Shown: positions 1 to 12,984, counted from the first letter of the stretch. The stretch is 64,000 nucleotides of DNA from an uncultured Acidobacteriota bacterium (GCA_963770895.1 CAVYRF010000001.1:640001-704000), one strand, 5' to 3'. The notes: a model not told the origin generated them from the sequence alone. Translations and numbers: made by a program.

Positions 1-6
1 CCGGCG

Positions 7-1227
7 ATGGGTTATGCCGAGCTGCTGCGCGAGGTGCTGCGCACCGTCCGCGCCAACCGGCTGCGCAGCGTCCTGACGCTGCTCGGCGTGATCATCGGCG
101 TCGCCACCCTGGTGTCGGTGGTGGCGGTGATCTCGGGGCTCAACGCCTACGTGCGCGACAAGGTGTTCGCGCTGGCGCCCGACGTCTTCGTGATCAGCAA
201 GTTCGGCATCATCCAGAGCCACGAAGATTACGTGCGGGCGCTCAAACGGCGCGACTTCGAGGTGCGCGACTACCAGCGGCTGGCGCCGCTGCTCACCCGC
301 GCCCGCCGTGTCGGCGCGGAATTCGGCGGCACCATGACGGTCAAGTACGCCGGGCATCACCTGGCCGACGTGACCGTCCACGGCACCACCGCCAACTACG
401 GCGACATGATGAACGTCGACCTGGCGACCGGGCGCTTCTTTCTCGACAGCGAGGAAGAGGCGGGTCTGGCGGTGGCGGTGATCGGTTGGGACCTCAAGGA
501 CGAGCTGTTTCCGCAGCTCGACCCGCTGGGGCGCACGGTTCTGGTGGGCGGCATCCCCTACCGGGTGATCGGCCTGGTCGCCAAGCAGGGGAGCATGCTG
601 GGGCAGAGCCGCGACAACGTCGTGTACCTGCCGCTGGGGAGCTTCCGCAAGAATTTCGGCAGCCGCACCTCGGTGACGCTCTACGTGCAGGCCAAGGGCG
701 GCGTCGCCGGCGTGGACGCCGCCGTGGACGAATCGCGCCTGGTGCTGCGCGCGCTGCGCCACACGGCGTTCCGCGCCGAAGATCCCTTCGGCATCGTCAC
801 CGCCGAAAGCCTGCAATCGCTGTGGCGGCAGATCTCGGCCGCCGCCTTCATCCTGTCGCTGCTGATCGCCTCGGTGTCGCTGGGCGTCGGCGGCGTGGTG
901 ATCATGAACATCATGCTGGTGGCGGTCGCCGAGCGCACGCAGGAGATCGGCGTGCGGCGCGCCCTGGGCGCCCGCCAGCGCGACATCGGCCGCCAGTTCC
1001 TGCTCGAGGCGGCGGTGCTGTCGCTGGGCGGCGGCCTGATCGGGGCGCTGGCGGGGACGCTGGTGGCGCTGGCGGTCAACGGCCTGCTGCACTTCCCGGC
1101 GCAGGCGTCGCCGGGGCTGGTGCTTTTGGGCCTGGGCCTGTCGGCGGCGGTCGGCCTGGCCGCGGGCTACCTGCCGGCGCGCAGCGCTTCGCGGCTGCCG
1201 GTGGTGGAGGCGCTGCGTTCCGAATGA
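7..1227 (+). CDS. ABC transporter permease, MacB/FtsX family
   Basis: N-terminal 'RANRLRSVLTLLGVIIGVA' TM, large periplasmic region, C-terminal 'GGVVIMNIMLVAVAERTQEIGVRRALGA' and terminal 'PVVEALRSE'. Confidence 0.93.
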   Translation: MGYAELLREVLRTVRANRLRSVLTLLGVIIGVATLVSVVAVISGLNAYVRDKVFALAPDVFVISKFGIIQSHEDYVRALKRRDFEVRDYQRLAPLLTRARRVGAEFGGTMTVKYAGHHLADVTVHGTTANYGDMMNVDLATGRFFLDSEEEAGLAVAVIGWDLKDELFPQLDPLGRTVLVGGIPYRVIGLVAKQGSMLGQSRDNVVYLPLGSFRKNFGSRTSVTLYVQAKGGVAGVDAAVDESRLVLRALRHTAFRAEDPFGIVTAESLQSLWRQISAAAFILSLLIASVSLGVGGVVIMNIMLVAVAERTQEIGVRRALGARQRDIGRQFLLEAAVLSLGGGLIGALAGTLVALAVNGLLHFPAQASPGLVLLGLGLSAAVGLAAGYLPARSASRLPVVEALRSE

Positions 1228-2555
1228 GCGGCGCCGGCACCAGCTCGGACGTCGAGCAGCCTCGCCGGCCGCGGCGCCAGCGCCGTCAGGGGCACGGCCG
1301 CATGCTGCTGCGGCTCAACCTGGTCGAAAACTGCCGCTTCGCGCTGGTGGCGATGCGCGCCAACAAGCTGCGCAGCTTCCTGACGCTTTTGGGGGTGATG
1401 GCCGGAGTGGCGACGGTCATCATGATGGTGAGCTTCGTCGTCGGCTTCAACAATTCGGTCACCGCCGCCTTCAGCAGCTTCGGCACCCACCTGGTGCAGT
1501 TCCAGAAATACGAGCCGCGATTCAACGCCGGCTCCATCCCCGAAGAGCAGCGCAACCGGCGCGACCTGACGCTCGACGACGCTGCGGCGCTCAAACGGCT
1601 GGCCGGCCTGGCCGGCGCCGTGTCGCCCGAGCGCTACATGTCGGCCGGGGTCGAGGTCAAATCGGGGCGGGCCGAAGCCAACAGCCCGCAGGTGATCGGC
1701 GCCACTCCCGACTACCCGGCGGCGAACAGCCGCTTTTTGCAGGACGGCCGCTTCATCACCGATTCGGACGTGCGCCACGCGGCGCGGATCTGCGTGGTGG
1801 GCGTCGACGTGGCGGCGGCGCTGTTTCCCAACCGCGATCCGATCGATCAGCCCATCAACGTCGGCGGGCGCGTCTACACCGTGGTGGGGCTGTTCGAAAA
1901 GCAGGGCGCCTTCATGGGCGGCAGCATGGACAACTTCTTGATTCTGCCGATCAGCGCCTTCGATGCACAGTTCCCGCAGATCCGCGACGGCGGCAAGGAC
2001 ACCTTGCACGTCGCGACCGTCCCGGCCGACACCGCCAACTTCCGGGCGCTGATCGATCAGGAGACCGCCATCCTGCGCGTGCGCCGCAAGCTCCACGGCA
2101 ATCAGCAAAACGACTTCGCGACGTTCACCAGCGACAGCGGCCTGGTGATGTTTCGCCAGATCACCGGCGGCATCGCCGCGGTGATGCTGATCATCGCCGC
2201 GGTGGCTCTCCTGGTGGGCGGCGTCGGGGTGATGAACATCATGCTGGTCAGCGTCACCCAGCGCACCCGCGAGATCGGCCTGCGCAAGGCGATCGGCGGC
2301 ACGCGGCGCGACATTGCGCTGCAATTCCTGGCCGAGGCGGTGACGCTGACCGCGGTGGGCGGCGGCCTGGGGATCTTCGCCGGCCTGTCGGCGGCGCTCT
2401 TGGCCCAGCTGTTGTTCAAGTTTCAGGCGGCGGCGCCGCTGTGGTCCATCGTGCTAGGCTTTGGCGTGTCCTCGGCCGTCGGCGTGGTGTTCGGCCTGTG
2501 GCCGGCGGTCAAGGCAGCGCGCCTCGACCCGATCGAAGCGCTGCGCTATGAATAG
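1224..2555 (+). CDS. ABC transporter permease, MacB/FtsX family
   Basis: ATG at 1224 overlaps the upstream TGA (ATGA). Motifs 'RANKLRSFLTLLGV', 'GGVGVMNIMLVSVTQRTREIGLRKAIGG', 'LDPIEALRYE'. The track ORF's extension back to 486 is a shadow of the first gene. Confidence 0.92.
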   Translation: MSGAGTSSDVEQPRRPRRQRRQGHGRMLLRLNLVENCRFALVAMRANKLRSFLTLLGVMAGVATVIMMVSFVVGFNNSVTAAFSSFGTHLVQFQKYEPRFNAGSIPEEQRNRRDLTLDDAAALKRLAGLAGAVSPERYMSAGVEVKSGRAEANSPQVIGATPDYPAANSRFLQDGRFITDSDVRHAARICVVGVDVAAALFPNRDPIDQPINVGGRVYTVVGLFEKQGAFMGGSMDNFLILPISAFDAQFPQIRDGGKDTLHVATVPADTANFRALIDQETAILRVRRKLHGNQQNDFATFTSDSGLVMFRQITGGIAAVMLIIAAVALLVGGVGVMNIMLVSVTQRTREIGLRKAIGGTRRDIALQFLAEAVTLTAVGGGLGIFAGLSAALLAQLLFKFQAAAPLWSIVLGFGVSSAVGVVFGLWPAVKAARLDPIEALRYE

Positions 2556-2580
2556 CCAGGAAAATCGGAGGCCAACGACC

Positions 2581-3381
2581 GTGAAAAGAAACCTTTTGTT
2601 GACGTTTGCCGCCGTGGCACTGGCGCTGCCGCTCGCCGGCTGCTTCGATTTCGAGGAATCGGTCAACCTGAACCGCGACCTGTCCGGCACGGCCACGCTG
2701 CACATGACGGTCGACATGGAAGCGATGGTGCCGCTGATCGCCGACCTCCAGCACACCATGTCCGGGCAGAAAGGGGCGCCGACCCAGGCCGAGCTCGACG
2801 AGCTGCGGCAGCAGATGGTCTCCAAGCAATCCGACCTGGACGCCAAGAAGCAGACGGACGAAGCGGAGCTGGCCAAGTCCCTGCCGCCGGGAGTCAAGCT
2901 GCTTTCCAGCTCGGTCGATCAGCAGGCGATGAAGGCCAGCGCCCGTTTCCAGCTGGGCTTCGACGACGTGCGCAAGCTGTCGAAGATCACCCTTCCCGGC
3001 AACGGCTCGCCGATGCCCACCGGGGCGGCGGGCGCGGGCGGCGCGGCGCCGCCAGCCGGCGGGGCGATGCCCTACCAGCAGCCGTTCAGCGGTCTCAGCG
3101 TGGTGGACGAAGGCAAGACCTGGCTGATCACGCTGGTGGGAGCCGACCCCGCGACGCAGCTCAAGGCCGAGACCGCCGGCACGGCGGCGTTGAGCGACGA
3201 CATGAAGAAGCAGCTGGCGGCGCTCATCGGCACCGCGCGCTTCGCGTTGCGCCTGGACACCCCCTTCCAGGTCGTCGAAACCAACGCCACGCGCAAGGAG
3301 GGGAGCACGCTGGTGTGGGAATTCAAGTTCGGCGACCCCGGCGCGGCGCCGCAGACCCTGATGGCCCGGCTCAAGAAGTGA
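2581..3381 (+). CDS. Putative lipoprotein, tandem paralog 1
   Basis: GTG start after GGAGG; basic N-terminus, hydrophobic stretch and lipobox LAGC; closely similar to 3430..4224. Confidence 0.8.
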   Translation: MKRNLLLTFAAVALALPLAGCFDFEESVNLNRDLSGTATLHMTVDMEAMVPLIADLQHTMSGQKGAPTQAELDELRQQMVSKQSDLDAKKQTDEAELAKSLPPGVKLLSSSVDQQAMKASARFQLGFDDVRKLSKITLPGNGSPMPTGAAGAGGAAPPAGGAMPYQQPFSGLSVVDEGKTWLITLVGADPATQLKAETAGTAALSDDMKKQLAALIGTARFALRLDTPFQVVETNATRKEGSTLVWEFKFGDPGAAPQTLMARLKK

Positions 3382-3429
3382 GGGCGCAAAACAGGCCCGC
3401 CGCGTAAAGCAAATCGGAGTTCAACGACC

Positions 3430-4224
3430 GTGAAGAAAACCCATTTGTTGACGTTTGCCGCCGTGGGACTGGCGCTGCCGCTCGCCGGCTGCTTCGATTT
3501 CGAGGAATCCGTCAACCTGAACCGCGACCTGTCCGGCACGGCGGCGCTGCGCATGACGGTCGACATGGAAGCGATGTTGCCACTGGTCGCCGGAATCGAT
3601 CGCTCGCTGTCCGATAAAAAAGGAGCGCCGACCCAGGCCGAGATCGACGAGCTGCGGCAGCAGCTGGTCGCCCAGCAAGCCGACATAGACGCCAAAAAGC
3701 AGGCGGACGAAGCGGCGCTGGCCAAGTCCCTGCCGCCGGGAGTCAAGCTGCTGTCCAGCTCGGTCGATCAGCAGGGGATGAAGGCCAGCGAGCGTTTCCA
3801 GCTGGGTTTCGACGACGTGCGCAAGCTGTCCAAGATCACCCTTCCCGGCGACGGCATGCCGATGGCCACCAGCGGGGGCGTCGCGGAATCGATACCAGGT
3901 GGGACGGCGGCGCTCTACCAGCAGCCATTCAGCGGTCTCAGCGTGGTGGACGAAGGCAAGACCTGGCTGATCACGCTGGTGGGAGCCGACCCCGCGACGC
4001 AGCTCAAGGCCGAGACCGCCGACGCGGCGGCGTTGAGCGAAGGCATGAAGAAGCAGCTGGCGGTGCTCATCGACACCGCGCGCTTCACCCTGCGCCTGGA
4101 CACCCCCTTTCAGGTCGTCGAAACCAATGCCACACGCCGCGACGGGCGCACGCTGATTTGGGAATTGAAGGGCGGTAACCTCGGCGCGGCGCCGCAGACC
4201 GTGATGGCCCGCCTCAAGAAGTGA
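3430..4224 (+). CDS. Putative lipoprotein, tandem paralog 2
   Basis: GTG start; lipobox LAGC; long blocks identical to paralog 1, e.g. 'CFDFEESVNLNRDLSGTA' and 'YQQPFSGLSVVDEGKTWLITLVGADPATQLKAETA'. Confidence 0.8.
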   Translation: MKKTHLLTFAAVGLALPLAGCFDFEESVNLNRDLSGTAALRMTVDMEAMLPLVAGIDRSLSDKKGAPTQAEIDELRQQLVAQQADIDAKKQADEAALAKSLPPGVKLLSSSVDQQGMKASERFQLGFDDVRKLSKITLPGDGMPMATSGGVAESIPGGTAALYQQPFSGLSVVDEGKTWLITLVGADPATQLKAETADAAALSEGMKKQLAVLIDTARFTLRLDTPFQVVETNATRRDGRTLIWELKGGNLGAAPQTVMARLKK

Positions 4225-5245
4225 GGGCGCAAAACAGGCCCGCCGCCGTAAAGCGCCGGAACGCGGCGTTGAGCTCCGCCGCCAGCGCCGCATCGGGCAG
4301 CTCGCTCGCGGCGGCGGCGGCGATCGCTTCGCCCACCGGTTGACCGGCCGCCAGCGCCGCCAGCAGTCCGTGTTCGAAAGGCGTCAGCGTATAGCGGTGG
4401 ACCACGTAGTCGGAGCGGCTGAGCGCGACGTGCTCGGGCTGCGGATCGGGGATCGCCAGGTCGCCGCCGCCCTCAGCCCCGCCGGCATCCGGGTCGGCCC
4501 GCGCCGCGCTGTAGAACGCGTTGATCGGAAACCGCAGGGACAGCAGCCGCAGGCAGGGCACCGGCACCAGGCGGCCGGCTGCAAAGCGCGCCGCGGCGCC
4601 GGGGTCCGCCACTCCGTTGCCGGTGCCGCCGGCAGCGTCGGCATGGTCGGTACGGCCGGCAGGGTCGCTACTGCCGGCAGCGGCGGTGCCGTTCAGCGCG
4701 GCAAGGTCGGCCGCGGTCAGCAGCGGCTGGCCCTCGGCGCCCGGCCCGTCGAAAACCTTGGCGATCGACCATTCGAAGGTCGCCAGGTCGATCAGAAAAT
4801 CGGGCCAGCCGGGCTCCGCGGACTCGGCCGCATCGCCAGCGTCGGGGCGCGTCTCCCGTAGGAAGCGCGGAAAGTTTTCGGCCAGCCGGTCCAGCGTGTA
4901 GCTGCGCGACGGATACCGTTGCAGGTAGTCGAAGGCGAAGGCGTCGAACACCGGCGCGCCCACTACCCGCTTGAGCACCGGCAGGCAGTCGCCCAGGCAC
5001 TCCAGCAGGCGGGCGTAGTAGGCGTTGGCGTAGATCGACAGGCGCTCTTCGGCGGTCAGCCGGCTGGAGCGGCGCACCATGGCTTCCAGCTGGCCGCGAT
5101 CGAGCCGCACCAGCTGCCGCGCCGCCGGCGAGGCGACGCCCTGCTCGACGCCGCCGGGATGGGTGACCACCGCCTGAAACCAGCTCTGCACCACGTCCAG
5201 GGCCGGCGCCGGCGCGTCCGGCGGCCGATCGCCGGGCCGGCTCAC
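4214..5245 (-). CDS. MNIO partner protein (DUF2063 / HvfC-BufC-like peptide-recognition chaperone)
   Basis: '[18 protein letters not shown]...[28 protein letters not shown]...DLATFEW' is the DUF2063 pattern; GTG start overlaps the DUF692 stop (GTGA). Confidence 0.85.
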   Translation of the reverse strand: MSRPGDRPPDAPAPALDVVQSWFQAVVTHPGGVEQGVASPAARQLVRLDRGQLEAMVRRSSRLTAEERLSIYANAYYARLLECLGDCLPVLKRVVGAPVFDAFAFDYLQRYPSRSYTLDRLAENFPRFLRETRPDAGDAAESAEPGWPDFLIDLATFEWSIAKVFDGPGAEGQPLLTAADLAALNGTAAAGSSDPAGRTDHADAAGGTGNGVADPGAAARFAAGRLVPVPCLRLLSLRFPINAFYSAARADPDAGGAEGGGDLAIPDPQPEHVALSRSDYVVHRYTLTPFEHGLLAALAAGQPVGEAIAAAAASELPDAALAAELNAAFRRFTAAGLFCALTS

Positions 5246-6237
5246 GCCACGTCCGGGCGCAGGTGGTGCAGCGGGTGGGGCGCGGGCGCCGCCGCCAGCG
5301 GGCCGTGCGCCGCCGGATGCGCCACCGCATTTGCCGCCGCATGCGCCGCCGGCGCAACAGTGTCAGAGGGGCCGGGGATGGGGGAGGCGCCGGCGGAGAA
5401 AGCCGCCAGCCGCTCGCCCATGAACTGCCTGGCCTTGAGCACTTCCGCGTGGACCACCGGGAAGGGCGGGATGTGGGCGTCCCATTCCAGCAGCGTCGAG
5501 ACGCCGCCGGTCAGCTGGTGGGCGGTGCGATACAGCTCCCACACCGGGTCGATGACGTGGTGGTCGTGGGTGTCGATCAGGTGGGTCACGTAGTCGGTGT
5601 GCCCGGCCAGGTGGAACTGCACGATGCGCTCGTGGGGCAGTGAGCGGACGAAGGCGTCCGGGTCCATGTCGTGGTTGAAGCTGGACACGTAGACGTTGTT
5701 GACGTCCAGCAGCAGGCCGCAATCCGCCTCGCCGGCCAGCCGCGCCACGAACTCCCATTCGTCCATGGTGGACTGGGTGAAGGTCACGTACGAGCTGGGG
5801 TTTTCCAGCACCAGCGGCTGCTCCAGGAAGTCCTGCACGGCGCGCACCCGCGCCACCACGTGCGCCAGCGTCGCCTCGGTGAACGGCAGCGGCAGCAGAT
5901 CGTGGGTGTTGGACCCCAGCACCCCCGTCCAGCACAGGTGGTCGGAGATCCAGCGCGCGCCGACCTCTCGCGCCAGCGCCTTGAGCTTGCCCAGGTAGGT
6001 CCAGTCCAGCGGGTCCGTCGAGCCGATCGACAGCGATACGCCGTGCAGCACGACGGGGTAGCGCTCAGCGATCTGCCGCAGCACGTGGCGCGGCCGGCCG
6101 CCCGAGTCGATGAAGTTTTCGCTGATGACTTCGAACCAGTCGACCGCCGGCTGGTGGCGCAGGATGTGCTCGAAGTGAGCCGCGCGCAGCCCCACCCCGA
6201 GGCCGAGGTTGGGGTATCCCAGCCGCGCCGGCCTCAC
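5242..6237 (-). CDS. DUF692 family multinuclear non-heme iron oxidative enzyme (MNIO), RiPP maturase
   Basis: Family motifs [62 protein letters not shown]. Confidence 0.95.
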   Translation of the reverse strand: MRPARLGYPNLGLGVGLRAAHFEHILRHQPAVDWFEVISENFIDSGGRPRHVLRQIAERYPVVLHGVSLSIGSTDPLDWTYLGKLKALAREVGARWISDHLCWTGVLGSNTHDLLPLPFTEATLAHVVARVRAVQDFLEQPLVLENPSSYVTFTQSTMDEWEFVARLAGEADCGLLLDVNNVYVSSFNHDMDPDAFVRSLPHERIVQFHLAGHTDYVTHLIDTHDHHVIDPVWELYRTAHQLTGGVSTLLEWDAHIPPFPVVHAEVLKARQFMGERLAAFSAGASPIPGPSDTVAPAAHAAANAVAHPAAHGPLAAAPAPHPLHHLRPDVA

Positions 6238-6277
6238 CGGCCGTTCCCCGGCGTGCGCCCGGCCGCCGCCGCCGGCA

Positions 6278-6721
6278 TCAGGCGCCGCCTGCGCACTCCT
6301 TGGGCGCCGGGCCGAACTTCTTGCCGGCCTTGGTCATGGACGCCTCCCAGTTGCTGCGCAGCTTCTTCCAGCCGTCGCCGCTCACCGGCACGGCGCAGCC
6401 GCCCTTGCCCTTGCAGGCGTTGTCGCCGGTCGGCCCCTGCTCGGCGCAGGCATTCTGGCCGGCGCAGCCGTGGGACGCCACCGTGGCGCAGCTGCCGGTG
6501 CCAGCGCAGCTGTTACTCGCCGCCTTGCCCTTGCCCTTGCAGCTGTTCAAGCCGCAGCAGATGTGCGCGTCCTTGGGCGGCGGCGCCCCCGTACCGCCGT
6601 CCGCGGCGGTCGCCGCCGCGTGCAGCGCCCGTTGCCCCAGCGTCGCGCCGGCGATCGCACCGCCCAGCGCCGCCGCCGTCAGCTTGCCGAAATCGCGCCT
6701 GCTCAGTTCCTTGTCTTTCAT
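6278..6721 (-). CDS. TAT-exported Cys-rich RiPP precursor (bufferin A2-like repeats)
   Basis: ATG 6721 with GGGAG RBS; twin-Arg motif SRRDFGK plus h-region; 10 Cys in NxCxGxG-like repeats; first gene of the DUF692-DUF2063 operon. Confidence 0.85.
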   Translation of the reverse strand: MKDKELSRRDFGKLTAAALGGAIAGATLGQRALHAAATAADGGTGAPPPKDAHICCGLNSCKGKGKAASNSCAGTGSCATVASHGCAGQNACAEQGPTGDNACKGKGGCAVPVSGDGWKKLRSNWEASMTKAGKKFGPAPKECAGGA

Positions 6722-6768
6722 GGTCGTGGTCTCCCAGGTGCCGGCCCACCGGCCCGGCGCGCTCAATT

Positions 6769-6795
6769 CTAGTGTGCCGCGTCGCGGTGCACTAG
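6769..6795. promoter_or_regulatory. 27-bp near-perfect palindrome between divergent genes, candidate operator
   Basis: CTAGTG-TG-CCGCG-T-CGCGG-TG-CACTAG, about 50 bp upstream of the precursor start. Confidence 0.35.
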
Positions 6796-7025
6796 TGCGC
6801 CGCGTTGCAGTGGTCGATCTCTACCTGCTGCCGATGGCCGCGGCGATCTGGTCGATGCCGCGCCAGCGCGCCGCCGACCTGCCGGCCGCGACCCTGCTCG
6901 CCTTCTTCGATCAGCACGGCCTGCTCGATCTGGTGGACAGGCCGTCCTGGGAGACCATCCGCGGCGGCGCCAGCAGCTACGTCGAGGCGCTGCTGGCGCG
7001 GCTCGCCCGCCGCGGCGCGCGCTGC
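6795..7025 (+). pseudogene. Internally deleted fragment of a cfa-associated FAD/NAD-binding oxidoreductase (COG2907-like)
   Basis: GTG-'RRVAVV' runs directly into the mid-protein segment 'YLLPMAAAIWS...FFDQHGLL...RPSWETIRGGASSYVEAL'; no GxGxxG and no C-terminal half. Confidence 0.7.
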
Positions 7026-8249
7026 AGGTGCACGACGACCGCTTCTGGCGGGCGGTGGCGCTCGGCGGCGGCCTGGGTGCCGCCGACTCCTACCTTGCCG
7101 GCTGGTGGGACAGCGCCGACCTGACCTCGCTGGTGTGCCTGCTGGCCCGCAACCGCGCCGTCGCCAACCGGCTGGAAGCCGGCATCGCGCGCCTGCGCCA
7201 GCTCGCCGACCGCCTGCGCCACGCCGCCCGCGCCAACACCCGCCGCGGCAGCCGGCGCAACATCGAGGCCCACTACGACCTGGGCGACGAACTGTTCGCG
7301 CTCTTCCTCGACCCATCGATGACCTACTCGGCCGCCTTCTTCGAGCGCCCGGACGCCACCCTGGAAGAGGCGCAAATCGCCAAGATCGACCGGCTGTGCC
7401 GCAAGCTGCGCCTGGGGCCGCGCGATCACCTGCTGGAGATCGGCACCGGCTGGGGGAGCCTGGCGATCCACGCCGCCGGCGTCTACGGCTGCCGCGTCAC
7501 CACCACCACCATCTCGCCGGCCCAGCACGCCGCCGCCGCCCGCCGCATCGCCGCCGCCGGTCTGGGCGACCGCTCGCTCAGCTTCTACCTGGCCGAGCGC
7601 TTCCCGGCCTGTGCCATCCTGGCCGTCTCCAACTCCCACAGCCAGGGCGCCTTCATCACCGCCGAAGCGGCGCGCCGCGGTCTGGCCAACCTGCGCCACC
7701 AGGTCGCCGACGTCAACCGCTTCGTCACCGCCGAGCGCTTCCACCGCATCGTCTCGGTCGAGATGATGGAGCACGTCCGCAACCACGCCGAGCTTTTCCA
7801 CCGCCTGGCCGCCTGGCTCCATCCCGGCGGCGGCCTCTTCGTGCACGTGTTCTGCCACCGCGACCTGACCTACCCCTTCGACGACGGCGGCCCCGGCGAC
7901 TGGATGGCCCGCCACTTCTTCACCGGCGGCATGATGCCCGCGGCCGACCTGCTGCCGGCCTGCGGCGGCCCCTTCGAGCTGGACGCCCGGTACGAGGCCT
8001 CCGGCATGCACTACGCGCGCACCACCGCGGCCTGGCTGGCGCGCCTCGACGTCGCGCGCGACCGCGTGCTGCCGCTGTTCGAGCACACCTACGGCCGCGG
8101 CCGCGGGCGCCGCTGGATCGAGCGCTGGCGCATCTTTTTCATGGCCTGTGCCGAGCTCTTCGCCGCCGGCAACGGCAGCGACTGGTTCGTCTCGCACTAT
8201 CGCTTCGTGCTGCCGGCATCACCCGGCAACCGGCGCCGCCCGGCAGGGT

Positions 8250-10895
<2,646 letters not shown>

Positions 10896-11222
10896 ACCGT
10901 CGAACCCGTTGCCGGCCCATTGCATTCCGCTGCCGCGACCCGGACCGGTCCGCACCGCCCCCTGTGCTCCCCCGCGCCACTCGGCCTCCAGCCCCCCCGG
11001 CAGCCCAAGCGTCCTGTTGCCCCGGCCGCGGCGCGCCTGACGGCGCGACCGCATCCGGGCCGGGGGGCGCGGGCGGAGCGTTCTTGCTGGTCCATGGCGG
11101 CGGGGTGCGCCCATCCGGGGGTCTGATACGCTGCCGATCGAACGTGTGCTCCGGCAGCGGCGGACGCGCCAGCGCCGTTCAAGAGCGGGGGCGCCGCGGC
11201 GGCGCGACGCGGGGGGAGGTCA

Positions 11223-12020
11223 ATGCGAGTGCAATTCGGTAGACGGAGCCTGTGGGTCATCCTGGTCCTGGCGGGCCTGCTCGCCGTCGCGCTGCCGGCG
11301 GCGTTGGCGGCGGCGGACGTGCAGGTCGCGGTCGCCGCCAACTTCACGGTGCCTCTCGATGCCGTCGGCGCGGCGTTTACCAAGGCGACCGGCAACCACC
11401 TGCTGGTCAGCGCCGGGTCGACCGGCAAGCTGGCGGCGCAGATCCAGAACGGCGCGCCTTTCGAGGTGCTGCTGGCAGCCGACACCGAACGGCCGGCTCT
11501 GCTCGAAAAGCAGGGCGCCACGGTGGCCGGCAGCCGCTTCACCTATGCCCTGGGCATCCTGGTCCTGTGGAGCGCCGATCCCAAGCTCATCGATCCCAAG
11601 GCGGGCATGAACGTCCTGGCCGGCAACACCTTCAAGCACCTGGCGATCGCCAACCCCGGCCTGGCCCCCTACGGCGCCGCCGCCCGCGAGGCGCTCACCC
11701 ACCTCAGCCTCTGGGAAGCCCTGACCCCGCGCCTGGTGCAGGGGGAAGACATCGGCCAGACCTTCCAGTTCGTCGCCAGCCGCGCCGCCGAGCTGGGCTT
11801 TGTCGCCCTCTCTCAGGTCTACGCCGACGCCGGCGGCGCGGGCAATCCTCCGCACGGCTCGATGGTCGCCGTCCCCCACGACCTCTACCATCCCATCGAG
11901 CAGCAGGCCGTCCTCCTCCTCAAAGGCAAGGACAACCCCGCCGCCCGCGCCTTCCTGGACTTCCTCAAAACCCCCGCCGCCCGCGCCCTGATCAACCGCT
12001 ACGGCTACGACCTTCCCTGA
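11223..12020 (+). CDS. modA: Molybdate ABC transporter periplasmic binding protein
   Basis: GGAGG RBS, signal peptide, 'VAVAANF', 'GSTGKLAAQIQNGAPF', 'AIANPGLAPYGAAA', 'GFVALSQ'. Confidence 0.93.
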   Translation: MRVQFGRRSLWVILVLAGLLAVALPAALAAADVQVAVAANFTVPLDAVGAAFTKATGNHLLVSAGSTGKLAAQIQNGAPFEVLLAADTERPALLEKQGATVAGSRFTYALGILVLWSADPKLIDPKAGMNVLAGNTFKHLAIANPGLAPYGAAAREALTHLSLWEALTPRLVQGEDIGQTFQFVASRAAELGFVALSQVYADAGGAGNPPHGSMVAVPHDLYHPIEQQAVLLLKGKDNPAARAFLDFLKTPAARALINRYGYDLP

Positions 12021-12239
12021 CCCCCCGTCCCGCGCCGCCCCATGGCGCGGCGTCCCGCTGCGCAGGGACGCTTGCGGGGTTCACAGTGCAGACGCGGGCG
12101 CCGGCGTCACGAAGGTCGGGAGGCGATCAGCGCGCGCCACCAACGCGGACACGAGACGCCAGACGGTGTGGCTGCGCCCTCTTGAAGAGCCTCCGCCGTA
12201 ATGGTCATCCGTATCCCAGCCTATGCGGCTGGCTGCTGC

Positions 12240-12495
12240 TCAACGGTAGACGTCACGGCGGTGTCCAACGTGGAGGACCGTGACCGTCCTCGAGGTGCCT
12301 TCGATATCATAGAGAACCCTGAAATCGTCAACACGAATCCGCCAGCCTTTCTCTGCCGCTGAGCTTGTGGCACCCAGGCGGCCGCGGCTCCTCAGCCAGG
12401 GACCGAATGGCGGCGCGCAGCCGCTCGTAGCTGTCGTGCGGCAAGCGCGTCAGTTCCTTCTGCGCTCTGGGCAGAAGGAAGAGGCTGTAGGTCAC
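12240..12495 (-). pseudogene. RelE/ParE toxin with a 1-nt frameshift
   Basis: MTYSLFLLPRAQKEL...EPRPPGCHKLSGRE, then one extra base in the TTT run at 12348-12350; the shifted frame continues GWRIRVDDFRVLYDI...VLHVGHRRDVYR*. Span 256 nt = 85 codons + 1. Confidence 0.85.
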
Positions 12496-12695
12496 CTCCG
12501 CTGACTCTCGATTTCGTCGATCGCCTGCTCAAAGGGGATCGAGGTCTCGCCGCTGGCCTTGGCAGCATCGTATGCGCGGATCGATTCCAGCTCTTCGATT
12601 TCCCCGAGGAGGGCCTGGTAGTCGCGTAGATCCAGGACGACTCCTACTCGGTTGCCTTCGCCGTCGACCAGGAAGCTCTGAGGCTTGGGAATCAT
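12492..12695 (-). CDS. Antitoxin of the RelE-type toxin
   Basis: 67-aa acidic protein '..GNRVGVVLDLRDYQALLGEIEELESIRAYDAAK..IPFEQ'; GAGGAG RBS; stop overlaps the toxin GTG. Confidence 0.8.
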   Translation of the reverse strand: MIPKPQSFLVDGEGNRVGVVLDLRDYQALLGEIEELESIRAYDAAKASGETSIPFEQAIDEIESQRR

Positions 12696-12840
12696 CGGGG
12701 TTGTCTCCTCGCGCGATTCTACTGGTTCTGGCGAGGGAAGTCTCAGGCAGAAGCTGAGCGTATGGGTTGCCGGCCGCTGGGCGAAGATCGAGCTGGTGCT
12801 GCGGGCGCCGTCAATGGCCTCAGCGGCCGGCCGCCCAGCC

Positions 12841-12984
12841 CTACGGGGTGTGCAGAGCGTCAGTGCCGGAGACGTGAGCGAGGTGGGTCGGGCACGCCGA
12901 GCTGGCGCCTCCTGCGGCCTCTTTCCGCGGGAAACGATGGTCCAGAGGCAACAGGGTCTCTCTGCTGATCTTCAGCTTCTTCAT
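12841..12984 (-). CDS. 47-aa RiPP-precursor-like peptide (lanthipeptide-type leader, double-glycine)
   Basis: Not in the ORF track. AAAGGA RBS; MKKLKISRETLLPLDHRFPRKEAAGG|ASSACPTHLAHVSGTDALHTP*. Confidence 0.55.
   Translation of the reverse strand: MKKLKISRETLLPLDHRFPRKEAAGGASSACPTHLAHVSGTDALHTP

Noticed and set aside
10900-11222. Moco/Tuco riboswitch or ModE box upstream of modA
   Set aside because: No recognisable consensus; only generic GC-rich stems.
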